Below are positions 12,686 through 26,384 of a stretch of 64,000 nt of DNA, one piece after another. How positions within the stretch are numbered: position 1 is the stretch's first letter; every line of letters starts with the position of its first letter. Under the pieces are notes generated by a model, which saw only the letters and a list, made by a program, of their open reading frames with translations, ran no database searches and had not been told where the DNA came from. Origin of the DNA: Chrysomallon squamiferum (Eukaryota > Animalia > Mollusca). The stretch is from assembly GCA_012295275.1 (NCBI GenBank), contig CM022677.1, forward strand, positions 13,888,001-13,952,000, in the 5' to 3' direction. The position numbers were made by a program, and so were the translations under genes.

Positions 12686-13873
12686 CTATATGTTTGTCTG
12701 TCTGTCTGTTTATCTGTGTGTCTGTGTGTTGTGTTTCCGTGTCAATGGTATGTGTGTGTTTGAGTGTGTCTATCTGTGTGTCTGTTTGGATGTTAGTGGA
12801 TATTTCTCCAATGTGGACTGACATTTCTGACTTTTTATCAGATTTTATCAGATTTATTTTAAACTTTGCTTTTTCTATTTGGGAACGAGATTTCGACAGA
12901 AACTTGGAAGTTGTGTTTTGAAGTTTGGTGAATTTTAAAATGTTAATTTTTACATCTGACTCGGATTTTCTTGTCATCAAACCTTCCCCCAATTTTATCA
13001 TTTTCTCGTTTTCCTCAATCAGATGTTTGTGTTCATTGAATAATTTGTCTATTTCTGAGTTTACAAAGTTCTGAGATTTTTCTATTTCTCTTATTAACCT
13101 GTCTTGTTCTTTGTTGACTGCGGCAGTAAAATCTGTGATTTGTGTGTTACCAATCCTTCTGACCTCTTCTGTAGTGTCCACGACGTTGATGTCGACGGCT
13201 TGGCGAAGTCGCTTGATCATATCATCCATCTCTCTCTGAAGAATTTCTTTAAAGTTTTTTAGACTTCCAGAAAGAGAACTCAGAAGTGATATGTGATCTC
13301 CCTTTTGAGCTGAAGTAAATAAATAAATAAATAAATAAATAATCAATCAGTCAGTTAATTAATTAACTAGGACTACTTGTATTAATAACGATATGTCTAC
13401 AATGTGAAGGTTTAACTACTTCAAAAACCTGAGTAGAGAAGTGTCAGAAATAAAATGTCCTCTATTTCTTTAGGCTGTCATGGTTAATACGTAACACAAA
13501 TACGTTTAGTTAAACAAGCATTACTTTTTTTTTTTTTTTTTTTAGTATTTTATTGTAACGAATCTAAACACAACACTGCTGACTCACAAAACTTTGATTG
13601 TAGCCGATCATTAGCGGCGTCCTATAGTGAAAGGTTTATAGGGAATTGATCTGCCCATGTATCCACTGGTTTCGTACTGTCTGAGATGTGGACGTCCTGC
13701 CTGCAGAACGGGCAGCTGATTTGTTTGTCGTTGTTGTCGTAATTATGACTTATATAGTCCTGCAGGCATTTGGTGCAGAACGAATGTCCACAGTTTAAAA
13801 TTCGCGGCTTCTTGAAAAGTTCCGTACAAATGCAGCACGAAAGATTATCATCAGAGTTTGCAGCTGTTGCCAT
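11768..13873 (-). pseudogene. TRIM-like E3 ligase (RING, coiled coil, Thr/His/Asp repeat linker, NHL-like beta-propeller); two coding exons, one premature stop and one frameshift
   Basis: Exon 1 13873-13588: MATAANSDDNLSCCICTELFKKPRILNCGHSFCTKCL..CPFCR..WADQFPINLSL*DAANDRLQSKF (C3HC4 RING; TAG at 13624-13622; GTGAGT donor, phase 1). Exon 2 starts at 13309 after ttacttcAG (phase 1, compatible) and encodes a coiled coil and repeat linker, then a frameshift at ~12632-12685, then a propeller (..LTGVTCDTEGNIFVCAYKRNCIVQLSRDG..PLTVCCDENKLYVGE) ending at 11768. No B-box seen. Confidence 0.85.
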
Positions 13874-13881
13874 ATCTGTGT

Positions 13882-13933
<52 letters not shown>

Positions 13934-14019
13934 CAACAACAGTAATAATAACAACAGCAACAACATAGAAGAATCTGAGAAAATAAAAGAGAAAATACAG
14001 AGAAAGAAAAAGGTAACTA

Positions 14020-14072
<53 letters not shown>

Positions 14073-14688
14073 AATGTATAAACTTTTCATTCATTCAGTT
14101 TACTTTATTTATAAGAAAACAGAACCATATTTTCATGATTAAACTCGAATGTGGACAATGAAAGAAACGTGACATTCACAGAAGTAACGTATTCAATGTA
14201 ATAATTACGAACATTTTCATACTAAACGAATGAATGACTTATTGTTACTGAACATTATTTTATTAACGTGAACTCAACACATTTTTAATGGCTTCATTCA
14301 CTGGTAAAGTAATCGAGACAGATAAATGCGACAACACATCGCTAGACACTACTTTTCTCTGACCACTGAGCCGCACCCTCCACTCTAACACAAACAATTT
14401 CGTACAGAAATTTTATTATGAAAATAACCTAGATTAAAAATGTTTATCGCCTGAAGTTACCCGAGTCGTTATTTAGTTAAATTTAGTTGCACTGAATTAA
14501 TTATTGCAAATTCGAAAAGTTCTATGACCACCATTTGAAATATTTGTTATCTGTGTTCAATTTGTTTATAATTAACTTATTATTAAAACTGCAGTGAGCG
14601 AAATAAGACCTATTAATCTGTTTTGTCACGGCCAAAGTTTTCTCAGCTTTATTATCTGGAGATAAACATTTTTACAGTATATATATTT

Positions 14689-14792
<104 letters not shown>

Positions 14793-16148
14793 AATGCAAA
14801 TTTCATGAAACAAAATGGAGTTCTTACCAGGCTGGATATTTTCTAACAAAGAGATGACAATGAGGCTGTGTTACTGTTGAAACCAGTTTTTAGTTCTATG
14901 AGAAAAACACACAAATGCGTGGTCTAATATACCCGCTTGAAGAGAACTTTGACCATCTCGTGATGGAGATAAAACTCAGGTGAAGTATTTCAGTCACAAT
15001 CCATGGCCTTATTTAGTAAACTGATAAGTGTTTACGTCAAATAAGAAAGATTACTAATCAACAATACACTATTATCTTTTCTCTTTAACATGAAATACAG
15101 GTCCGGGTTTGATTAAATATTTGTATAGTTACTTATTACAACCACTGTTACCTGTACTATTACAGCTACTACAACATGTTTGTAACATTCTCACTGCTGT
15201 TAACTTGTATTACATTTTACAAATAGAACAAACAACATCAGCTACTACTACAACCATTATTACTACTGTTACTACTACTATTATTACTAAAACAGCTAAT
15301 ACTACTATTGATGCTACAACTTTGCTGCCACTACTACTATCAGTACCACTAAACTATTATTTTAACTATAATTGACAACACTTTTTGTAATTCTACCACT
15401 ACTACTAACACTGTCAGTATTAACTACTACTTCTTCTATTATCACTAATATTACTACTACTACCATACTGTTATAGTGCTACTAATACAACAGTTCTTAA
15501 TTCTACTCCTGCTGCTACAGCTTTACTACTACAACTACTACTTAATTACTATGTTTCTTTGGTTAATATATTAACAATATCATTTTATTTAATATATTTA
15601 TATTTAGTTATGTATGTTAAACTCGTGTATAATTAATTTATTACTAAAACATGTGTCAGTGATAACATGACCTAGTCATCTGTTTTGTCAAGAGCAAAGT
15701 TTACTTAGTTATCTTAAATTTATTAGCTAGAGATAAACTCAGCACAAGTCAACTTTACACACACACACACACACTCACACACACACACAGTCATAAATAC
15801 ACAAAAGCATTTATAAGAGTGACCTTATTATTATTATTATTATAAAATAAATATAAATAAAAAAGACTTTGCAGCTACTGTTACTTGTGCTACTGTTACT
15901 ACAGCTGTTAATAATATATCTGCAGCAACAGCAACCACTTCAATTAAAATTATTACTACTGCATCTACTGCAGTTATTACAACAGTTGTCAATATTACAC
16001 CTGCTGCTGCTACTACAACAACTACCACTACTACTCCTATTAGTATTATTACTACTAGTATTAATACTTACGCTAGTACGTATACTATTACTACTACTAC
16101 TACTACCAATATGACTACGACTGCTATAACTACTACTATTACAACTAT

Positions 16149-16197
<49 letters not shown>

Positions 16198-17989
16198 AAA
16201 TAAATAAATATGATTAATTTAACAAATCATTATGTGACATTATTCCTTTAAAAGCAGACATGTAGATTATACAGGTTAAGTTTCAGAAACAGACCGCCAT
16301 TTAGCTAGTTTATCGTAAAACAATGTCGCTATTTTTAGCGATGTTTGTAACAAACACATTTAAATGACAAAGATAGCTGTGATTATTACATTGTTAAATA
16401 CTGTTGAAATGTGTTCTACAGTTGTCATAAAAACGGTGCAAATGTGCGTCATCTCAATCATTGTTTGTCTATAAATAGAACGTCAGAAAATCTGAAGTAT
16501 GATTTAATAAACTTTTCGAAACGAATAAAATCACCTTCTGGTTTGATCTGATTCATTAAAAGATAATTAATTTGGTTTCACTATCACAATTTAGGATGAA
16601 TTTTGCTAATTCAGAGACAGAAACCTTAAACATTTTCGATTATCTCCCCTTCCCCGAGGTTCTGATATACGCACATGAATGTGTCCCTGGTGTTTTGGAC
16701 GCTTTTTTTTTTTCTTTTTCTTATTTTAACTTCTTTTGGTGCGACTGGGAAAATGTGATTTGTTTTCAATTCGAAATTTTATATAATAGTCTAAAAAAAG
16801 AATTGAACCATAAACCTACCATTAGACTTTTTGTTGTCGTTAAATTTAACTGAGAGATAATTATTTTGAATGAAGATAATGTCTTAGATGTTAACGATTT
16901 ATCTCTCTCCCTCTGTCTCTCTCCCACATGAATGCTTTTCAGTGTATATATAAATATAGTTTCATTCAATCTCGTTTTTCAAGAAAATATGATTTGCTAC
17001 ACTGAGTTGATCCTCTGATAAGACTGAAATCTGTTGAAATGTCCTAACTCTATCATAATGTTAAGGCACCTTATCTCTATCTATCTATTTATTATATATT
17101 ATATATTCTACTTATTATATATATTCTATTTATTATATATTCCTATTAGTATTATTACTACTAGTATTAATACTTATTATATATATTCAATTAAACACAG
17201 AAACGAAATAATTATGAAATGTATTCTTCATTATATTCTGCAACAGGAAACACCCTCATTATATATCTCTATGCAAAGTGTTTATAGTATTCACTGAATA
17301 TGTACACATCAAAAGAAATTAATAATACAACCAGTATTAAAGTACTCTCTCAATTACTTATGATATTGTTATTACCTCTTTTTATTATTACTATTGCTAC
17401 TATTACTTATATTACTATTACTACTACTATTAATTCTATTACTAACTACTACTATTCATCTATTACTTTGCTTCTATTATTTCATATATGACTAGTGTAA
17501 CAATATCTGTATCACTACTTCCACAATTACATCTATTACTTCTACTATTATTTCAAAACTATATAAATACAAATATTCCTCACTCTTAGAAAACGGTTTC
17601 TCAAGTCTGACTGTTAAAAATATGTAATGAAAAACAGAAAAAAAAAATTTGAAACTTTAATTTGAACAAGAAAACCAAAAGATCAACATCAAAACTCCTT
17701 TTGCATATGAAAAGATAATTTTAGAAAACCCTCAACAAAATCCATAATTAAAAATTTAGAAAAACATGGTCTAAGATGTATCTGAACTTTCAAATTAAAA
17801 TTTATTTAAAATATTTCAAAAGGTTTTAAAGTGCTGAGAATGCTGTAAACATAAAGTTGCCAAGATTACTAAACAACTTGACATGTAATGTGCAAATTAA
17901 TCATTAAGAAAATATCTTCCAAATAGCATATCTTCTTCCATTTTATGTTTTAGTAACAACCTTTCTAATAAATCTTTTCTAGTAGATAA

Positions 17990-18035
<46 letters not shown>

Positions 18036-18475
18036 TTGTCTCCCTTGAGCTATACACTGTCTGGTCGAAACATTCTGTCTACTGGTCTATGTCTGACTGT
18101 ATCTTAATGAATGACACTGAATCTGAAATCACAGTTTCACAGATTTATAAATTCTTCAGTAAGTGCAGTTCACAGAACTTGAAGATAAACACAAGTCACT
18201 TAGAATCAATGTCACTTCTCACATGTTTCTTTCATTCTCAAAACAAGCTTATGAAAAAGGGCCCTGAAGAAAAACAAAATTATTATTAAAATTAAAAACA
18301 TATTCAGAGATGTATAAACAACAGTATACAATTTACCATGTAAAATGAAGGTTGATATGATTCAAATAGGATGGTTGTGACTTAATTATTTTCATGATTG
18401 ATTTCACTTTATTTGTGTGAATCTTTGCATGTGCATGTGTTGATGTGTGTGTTAAATATTAATATTTACATATAC

Positions 18476-20898
18476 CTCAAGTAATTTTGTCACTTTCCCA
18501 TTTATAACCATCCACAGAGGCACATTTGTAGCCTCAATCATAGAAGAGTAGAAATATTTTTGAATTACATTCATTTATATCTGAAAGAGCAAAACAAATA
18601 AATCACATCTCAATCATTAACAACAATTAAACTTACTCATACATTTTCACAAGTTTCTGAAATTACTCAAATACCATTATTTGCTATAATATCTGAACAG
18701 CACAAAAGCTACCAATGCATACCTAAGCTAGAAACTGATTGACTGACTATATAGAGAGGATGACATTATTAATAATATAAAATATTTTAAAAACCCAGAT
18801 AATGGTAGAAATGCTGGCCATTCAGATTCAAAGAGATAACACTTACACTAGAAATATGAATAAACCAAGAATGCTTGAAGTTAACAATTTAACCTGAGAA
18901 CCAGATAGAACTGACTCACCTGAGCCTGTTTTGTTGTCTGAATTCAAGGTAAACATTTCTACACAAACACTGCTCCACTGTGTCATGCACCCTGCAGCCC
19001 TGTTCACACGAACTGTTCACTGCAGCACTGTCACAACTGAACACAAAATATTTTTATAAATTTATTATATTTTGTCACAACTAAAACACTTTACAATTTT
19101 ATCACATTCTGACACAAATGAAAATAAAATAGTTTATAATTTTATCAAATTTTGTCACAATTAAAATAAAAAAATATATTTTATAATTTGTAACCTCTGT
19201 GACAAGAACAAATGTAACTTTTCTCATTTTTAGTTCAAGAAGGATACCAAGCATTCATTCAGCTATATAAAAAAAGATCTTTTACATGAATGAATGAATG
19301 AATGATGAAGACAGTGAACAAATGAGTGAATGAATGAATTAATAAATATCTGTTTAGTAATAGTTTAATTATTAGTTGTCAAAGATTATTTTTATTATTT
19401 TTCATAATGTTCTTGAAAATTAAATTGCAAAAATAAAGTAAGTTGGTACCAAACAGGGTTTGTTTTTGTTTGTTTTTGTTGTTTTTAACAATGTTAATTT
19501 CTTAGTCACTGAAAGCTGATTTTCTGTGTTAAATAAACATTCTCTTAATTTTGAAAAAAAAAATTATTGACAAGTATAAAATGATATTATTATTATTATA
19601 TTTATTGCTATAATATCTGAACAGCACAAAAGCTACTAATAAAAAGAAATCATTTATAACATATAACTGTTTATTAAATAATAAGAAATAATTTGTAACA
19701 TATAACTACTTCATAAATAATAAGAAATTATTTGTAACATATAACTATTTTATAAATAATAAGAAATGATTTGTAATATATAATTATTTCATAAATAATA
19801 AGAAATGATTTGTAACATATAATTATTTCATAAATAATAAGAAATGATTTGTAACATATAAGTGTTGAATGAGTAATATGTTATAATTTCAACTTGTTAA
19901 AAAAATTATTAACATTTAATAAATTGACTATTTATTAAGTATACCCTACTCACCTTCACATTCATTTGACAAGTTGTGATATCCTGTCTTACACTCAAAT
20001 GATAGGAGACTGGCAGGTTTTTGCAGTTGCTGTTTGCTTGACATGAAACTGTTGAAACACTACATTCATCTCTGTTGTTTTCACATCACACACCACCCAG
20101 CCAGCTTTACACTGACAATGGTCTGAGAGGGAAAAATAAAATTTAAATTTAAAATAAATAAATTAAATTAAGATCAAACTTTAGTATTACAATTATTTTT
20201 AAATAAACTTTCTGCAATTGTATTACAAATATAAAATAAATGTCACCAAAATGTTTTAATTTTACAGAATAAGTTGCTTCAAATTTCAAAATATAATTGT
20301 ATTTTTAAAATATTTAAACATTTATTTTTACATTGTTGTATTTTGTAATGAGAAATTCTGCTTACTAACAAATGTTCTCTGGTCATTTTCAAGTTTCTTC
20401 CCAGCCAGACAGTAACAAGTGAATCCAGTGATTGAAGCATCAGTATATTTAGTAATACTGCATCAACACTCATTCATATCTACATTAAAATAATAATAAC
20501 AATAACAATAATAATATTAACAATAAAGGAACAATCTTATTTCACATGACAATATAATATTGTTCAAACTTTAATTTTCTTTTCTTCATTTATATTTAAT
20601 AAAATTAAAGCCTCATTTATAAATGTTCATATGCATGTAAACGATAAACAATAATAAAACTTAAAAAAGAAAGAAAAAAAAAAAGACTGGAAGTAAAGGT
20701 ACAACAGAAAAGATTATTAAATGTTAATAAACCAATTCAATTTTTCTAGTTAAATGTACAAAGCAATATTCTGTACTCACAATACATGAGTATAGACCTG
20801 TTGCTAGTTTGTATACAAAGTTACAACTGTAGAGTCCTGTTTGTCCACAATGGTGCAGTAATGGCTGCAACTGAGATGAGAGTAAAACTGACATGGAT
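18476..20898 (-). pseudogene. Fragment of a multi-EGF / calcium-binding EGF repeat gene (fibrillin/mucin-like), introns retained
   Basis: Exons with AG/GT ends: 20898-20781 (DPCQFYSHLSCSHYCTIVDKQ..YSCNFVYKLATGLYSCI); 20479-20366 (DMNEC*..GFTCYCLAGKKLENDQRT); 20122-19954 (CQCKAGW..CENNRDECSVSTVSCQANSNCKNLPVSY..ECKTGY); 19036-18920 (CDSAAVNSSCEQGCRVHDTVEQCLCRN..TLNSDNKT); 18580-18476 (DINECN..GYKCASVDGYKWESDKIT*). DxNEC cbEGF signatures, with many stops and frameshifts. Confidence 0.85.
19644..19861. repeat. Minisatellite, 39 bp unit, ~5.5 copies (intronic)
   Basis: aagaaatgatttgtaacatataattatttcataaataat repeated in tandem. Confidence 0.9.
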
Positions 20899-22027
20899 CT
20901 GAAACTGTACTGAGAAAACTGATATTAGCTTTACTTAATTAATATAATAATACTTTTGTAAATGTTACTACTGTGTCAAACTCAGCTATTTGTGAAATTA
21001 TCATCTGAGACGAGACAGTTTGCACTTTTTGCTTTGACAGTACAATTTGAAAAATTAAATAAACAAACAAAAATTATAGAAGTAATTAATGATAGATAAA
21101 AATCAGTGTTATCACTGTTAACTGACTGTTCACTTAAATGTATCTAATTAATATAACAATGACAGTGACTTTATTCTCGTAAACTTAGATTACAGTACAG
21201 AGAAGAATGTATTACAGGTATAATAACAAGATTAAAATGCAGTAACACTAACAATAGTAACAATAAATAAAAAATTACAGTAACAAATAATCATAATAAC
21301 AATAGTTAATAATGATGGTACTAATAATTACAACAGTAATAATAATAATAATAATAATAAAACAAACCACAAGACCTCATCAATAATTAATAATAATTAT
21401 ATATGTGTACAGTGAAGTTAGCTCTTGAAATGTTTATGGCTTGAGAAAAATAAATGAAATTGTATTATTTAGTATTTTGAAATGAAATAAATATTTATTA
21501 TTATTATTATTTAATTTAATATTATAAGTGTACAATGTACAATATAAGACTGATAAAAACTTTAGTTGTTAAAGCCATTCTCAGGTTAGGTTAGGTTATA
21601 TTCAAAAATATCTTTTCACTGTTGTTGTAGTTTGTTACTTATAATCATTTCTTTAGCAGTTTTCAATCTTTACCTAAAATACCTTACACTGACTTCAATA
21701 ACCAAATTTCATTTCTGTCTCTGATACCAGAAACAGATGATATTAAATAAAATGAATTTTTAGCTTTAGTTACCTGTTTTCTTTGTTCTTATTTATTTAT
21801 TTATTTATTTATCTACATTTCAAAAATGAACTAACAGGACTTATTGAACAGTGTATAACTGTACATTTTGATGAATGTTTTTATTTTTTTTATTCCCTTA
21901 TAGTCACATGCAATAAAGATGAGAAACAAAATAAGAAATGTTTATTTATACCTCTCTCCTGTGTTAGGAGTTAATTTAGTTACATGGAACGTAAATGAAT
22001 GACAATATAACAAATATGTATTTATAC

Positions 22028-24493
22028 CTCTCTCCTGTATTAGGATTCACTTGTGACTTTGTTGGTGTTGATGTTTGATTGTTCATGGGACCAGAAGACA
22101 AATCTGTCAGAGGTAACTTATCCTGTAACTCTTTCAACTGTAACAAAAATGTAATAATTTTCCTCTAACTTTCAATTTTAACAAAATGTAACAGTTTATT
22201 CTGTGTCAACTGTAAGTTTCAATGTAACAAAATGTAACAATTTATCCTCTAGCTTTTTCAACTGTAACAAAATAAAACAATTTATTCTCTAACTCTTTCA
22301 GCAGTAAACAAAAATGTAATAATTTATCCTTTAACTATTTTTGCTATAAACTTTAAAAAAAGTGTATTTACTAACAACTTTACAGTACTTTTTTTATGAA
22401 TGTAACAATTTCATGCAGTTACTAACAATTTAACTGTTACTCTTTCATAGAAAGACTTAATGCAGAAATTATTAACACAAGCCATACTATATAACTGACG
22501 GAAAAAGCAATCTCTATAATTAAGTTTTGTGTTTCAATTTTACCTACAAATAAAAATGTAAATATAATTATTTTAATATTTATGCGGAGTTACCTTTCTT
22601 TTCAACTTCTCCCTGACACCATTGATATATTCAATATGGCTACATAGCTGTGTAAGTTCTATTTTCAGTCTGCCTACCTGTTCTTGTAGAGCTGACCTTC
22701 ATCGATGTCTTTTTCTACGTCTTCTCTGAGACGTTGAACGACGTTGCGATCAACATCGTGGAGAGAAAAGTATTTTCTTTCTGCAATGGCTGACTCCAGT
22801 TCTGTGACAACTCGGGAAAATTCTGCATTTATTTCTTTAGCTATTTCTAAAACAACCAAAAAAAAAAAAAAAAAATTATAATTATTCTCGGTTTTAATGC
22901 TGTATATACGTTATTTAGTAATTAAAGAAAAAAAAAACCCACGGAACAAATTTTAATTTTATTTGTAAATTTAATTATATTTTTGCTCTTCTGATCAAAT
23001 TAACTGATTGAAAAGATATCTCATTTTAACTACATATTTATTTGGAACTTTTCTTTTAATTCATTTATTCCTTCTGACAGTAAGAAAATGAGAAAAATAT
23101 CTAATTTTAATTATATATTTATTTGTTACTTTCTTTTTAATGCCTTCTAGCAGTAAGTAAACGAGAAAAAACAAATTATTATAATTTAATGTTTTAAAAA
23201 ATCCAACAAATTATAATATGTTGCTATTTATTTAATAAATTAAAATTAAAATTAATAAACTTTTAAAACAATTGGACATCTATCTAAAACAGCCAAAACT
23301 GTACAGTCTAAAAATAAATATAAAAGTAAATGATTACCAGGTCTCACAGGCTGGAAGCCATTTGCATTATTCTCGTTGATACTTCCTCCATCATTGCTTA
23401 TGTCCGATCATCTTCTTACACAGAAATGAAAAGAAAAACAAACAAACAAACAAAAAAACTTTCAAATGTCTTTACACTTTCTGGAATTTGGTATTTTCAA
23501 CAAATTCCTAGAAATTATTTCTTAGTCTTTCATTAAACACTGTAAAGAACAGCAAGCTAATGGTGTTGTTTTACATCTGAAGAATGACTGAAAGAAAAAA
23601 TGGTTAAATCTCTTCGCATATTTCTGGAGCTTCAGGTTTTCAAGAATCTTTTCTTGTCCATTAAAAACAGTGAAAAACCAGCAAACAAATGGTATTATTT
23701 TACAATACATAATGACAAGCCAAAACTATGTTTCATTATGTGTCCCGATATATTATATTATTGTTTTTATTATTCATTAAAAGCAGGGAAGAACAGCAAA
23801 CTCACACTATATTATTTAATAAAGACCACTGACCTGATGACATTAATCTGGTGTCTGTTTTCTTCATCAGCTCTGCAATGACGCTGTGAAGTTAAGTGAC
23901 GCGTTCCTCTAGAATCACTAACATATTTGAAGTTTATAACAGTCTTATAGACAAATTAAAAAACATACAGACTAAATTCTCTTAGTATTCAAAATAACAA
24001 CAGACATTTTTTTTTTATGAATTTGAATTAGTATATACTGTATTTATTGAACCTATGTACTCTTTGTTTATTGTCTGCTTAAGAAAACATCATAAATAAA
24101 TAATCAAATAAATAGATAAATAACCAAATAAGGCAGAAAGTAAATATATAATAATTAAAACTTTTTAAATTTAAATTTGGTCATCAGATTAACGTAAATA
24201 TTTTCTAAATCTTTTCCCAGGAAGATAGCCTGAGTAGCTTTAAATCATCACCAAGAGTTATTGCCAAACACGTTATTTTCTAGCCAGGCTATATTCTTAG
24301 AATAAAACATTAAAAGGCAGGTTGAGATTTAATTTCAGGCTAATGCTAGGATAAAAAAAAGTATTAAACAAAAAAAATCATTTCTTACCTGACATTTAGT
24401 CAGTTATTTTTCTAACTGATCTTTTTGGGCTGTTCCTTGTGCCAACCTGTTGTTCAGCTCGATTATCTCCCATTTCAGAGAGGTCAAGGCCGC
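22028..24493 (-). pseudogene. MCC: MCC (mutated in colorectal cancers) family coiled-coil gene, internal five-exon fragment
   Basis: Exons: 24493-24389 AALTSLKWEIIELNNRLAQGTAQKDQLEK*LTKCQ; 23908-23834 ERVT*LHSVIAELMKK; ~23415-23338; 22846-22594 EINAEFSRVVTELESAIAERK..(frameshift)..LQEQVGRLKIELTQLCSHIEYINGVREKLKRK; 22137-22028 LKELQDKL..VNPNTGE. These match, in order, remembered human MCC segments AALASLKGDIVELNKRL..LEKKLAKAQ, EERITELHSVIAELNKK, DLNSELQRVLTGLE and VRELQTRL..INPSTGE. Confidence 0.88.
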
Positions 24494-25385
24494 CTGGTGA
24501 AGCAGGGAAAGAAAATAAATTATTTTAAATTATTTTTTTTGCAACTAAATTAAAACATGTTATTTTTGAATGTTTGTGATACAGTCTATATTATCATTCC
24601 TAAAGCTAATTAATGAAAAAAATATCGATAATGAAAATAATATTAATTATAATGATAATAATAATAATAATAATAATATCATAAAGAGTGATAATAAGCT
24701 AAATATTTAAAAATAAAATACATACATACATGTATAAGTTGTTGTTACTGCTCTTGTTACGTTAAAACGCATGTGTGTGTGTTTGTGTGTGAAAGTGATT
24801 TATATTGTAAGCTATTTTATAAAACTCAGCTGTAAATACTACTTGCTATTATTTGTATTAGTTATTACAACTACTTCTACTACTTGATCATAAGAATAAC
24901 TGTAATTAATCATGTACGAGCAGTATGTGAGTAAGGAACAGAACATAAATAATCAGAATAAAACAAAATATGAATGCAATTAAATAAAACAACAAAAGAA
25001 CGATCGTCAATATATTGTTATTCATTATTACAAAAATTCAGCTAAATTACTCAAACAAATTAAAGTTGAGTCTTGTGACGATATAGAATCATATCGTATT
25101 GTTTAATCATTTATTTTCGATTATCTGCACTTTAGAACTATACAGAAACGCAGACGATAAAACATTTTAGAAGCTTCAAACTATATAAAGAAAGAAAATA
25201 AAGTACTGTAGCATTACCTGAATATACAAAGAAATCAACTCTTCATGATTCTTAGAATCTACATTTATTTGCAAAATCCATAAATAACAAATACCGCAAA
25301 TAACAGCAGAAATCCCACACTCCACAAAAAGAAAAAATTATATGAGTGTAATTTCCCTTCACCTACATTTTATTTATTTATTTAT

Positions 25386-25427
<42 letters not shown>

Positions 25428-25484
25428 TTTCTTCTGTTTGTGGGGTTGACGGGCACGTTCTAGTCCACGAGCTAAAATTAACTG

Positions 25485-26160
25485 TTAATTTGTCAGATTT
25501 AAAACTTGCTCTATCTGTCCCGCTAATTCTCTACCGTGAATTTCATTGTCATGAAATACGCTCTGAATTGTTTCCGTTCTTTGTTTCTCGAGACTTGTTT
25601 CCATCCAGATATGTACATATTTATGTTTTTTCATTTTGTATGCAAGGCGACCTAATTGATAACAGTCTTCTGCTGATAATTTCTGTATATATTGTTCATA
25701 TATAAAACCGTCTGCTAATCTTGTCGTATTTAATTTGTACGTGTCTTGAAGTCGAAACAGAGCTGCAGCGACCCCTTCTAAGTCTTCGTAACTTGGAAGA
25801 TGTTCACGAATTTCTTGTAGTTCAGTTAGCTCTGTCTGGGACGTAATATTTTGGTTAAGAATAGGCTGAACATCTCGTTCCCAGTCCAACGTGAAACGTT
25901 TAATATATAAAAATGTACCAATTGGGTTGGCTTGTAACGATTTGGATCTTTTAGTGCGATCGAACAGTGCTGTTCTATTTGATCTGAAATTGTTTTCAAC
26001 TTTTCCAATTTAGTTCCTTGTTCATGAACATGACTGAAATTTCTTAATGCTATTGCCAAGTCTCTTCCTACTAGTACAGACCAATAGAGATGTGATACGG
26101 ACGTAAACAGTTCTGAGTTCACTGCTGATACATATTTGAAGGTATCTACTAGTGATATGA
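25485..26160 (-). pseudogene. P4HA: Prolyl 4-hydroxylase alpha subunit, N-terminal part, intronless (probable retrocopy), frameshifted and lacking the catalytic domain
   Basis: ORF 25826..26122 (ELFTSVSHL..IALKDPNRY) and ORF 25485..25889 (HLPSYEDLEGVAAALFRLQDTYKLNTTRLADG..LSAEDCYQLGRLAY..WME) carry hallmark P4HA N-terminal motifs. They are continuous apart from a frameshift at ~25890-25935. Confidence 0.9.
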
Positions 26161-26384
26161 ATACCTAAATATCTGTGTGTGAAACACTTTTGGTATGTTG
26201 TTTCTGTTATCCTTTGATTATAGGTAACTACCTATTTTTCTATTTGTCTGTCTGTCTTTCTAGCTATATGATGGAAATTACATTAATAATTTGATTATGT
26301 CAGAATAAAGTAAGATAGAGAAGAAAAAACACTCCTCAAGAAGAAAAAGAAACATTAAAATGTGCATTCAGCTGTCATTTAGAA

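Noticed and set aside
13874-13966. Poly-Leu N-terminus (signal-peptide-like) on the RING ORF
   Set aside because: Intronic (TTA)n tract upstream of an acceptor; the plausible ATG is at 13873.
18040-18263. Possible further exon of the EGF-repeat gene (acceptor at ~18264)
   Set aside because: No recognisable motif in any frame; too decayed to call.
25440-25465. acgggcacgttCTAGt resembling a Helitron 3' end next to the P4HA copy
   Set aside because: No convincing upstream hairpin arm and no matching 5' TC terminus identified.
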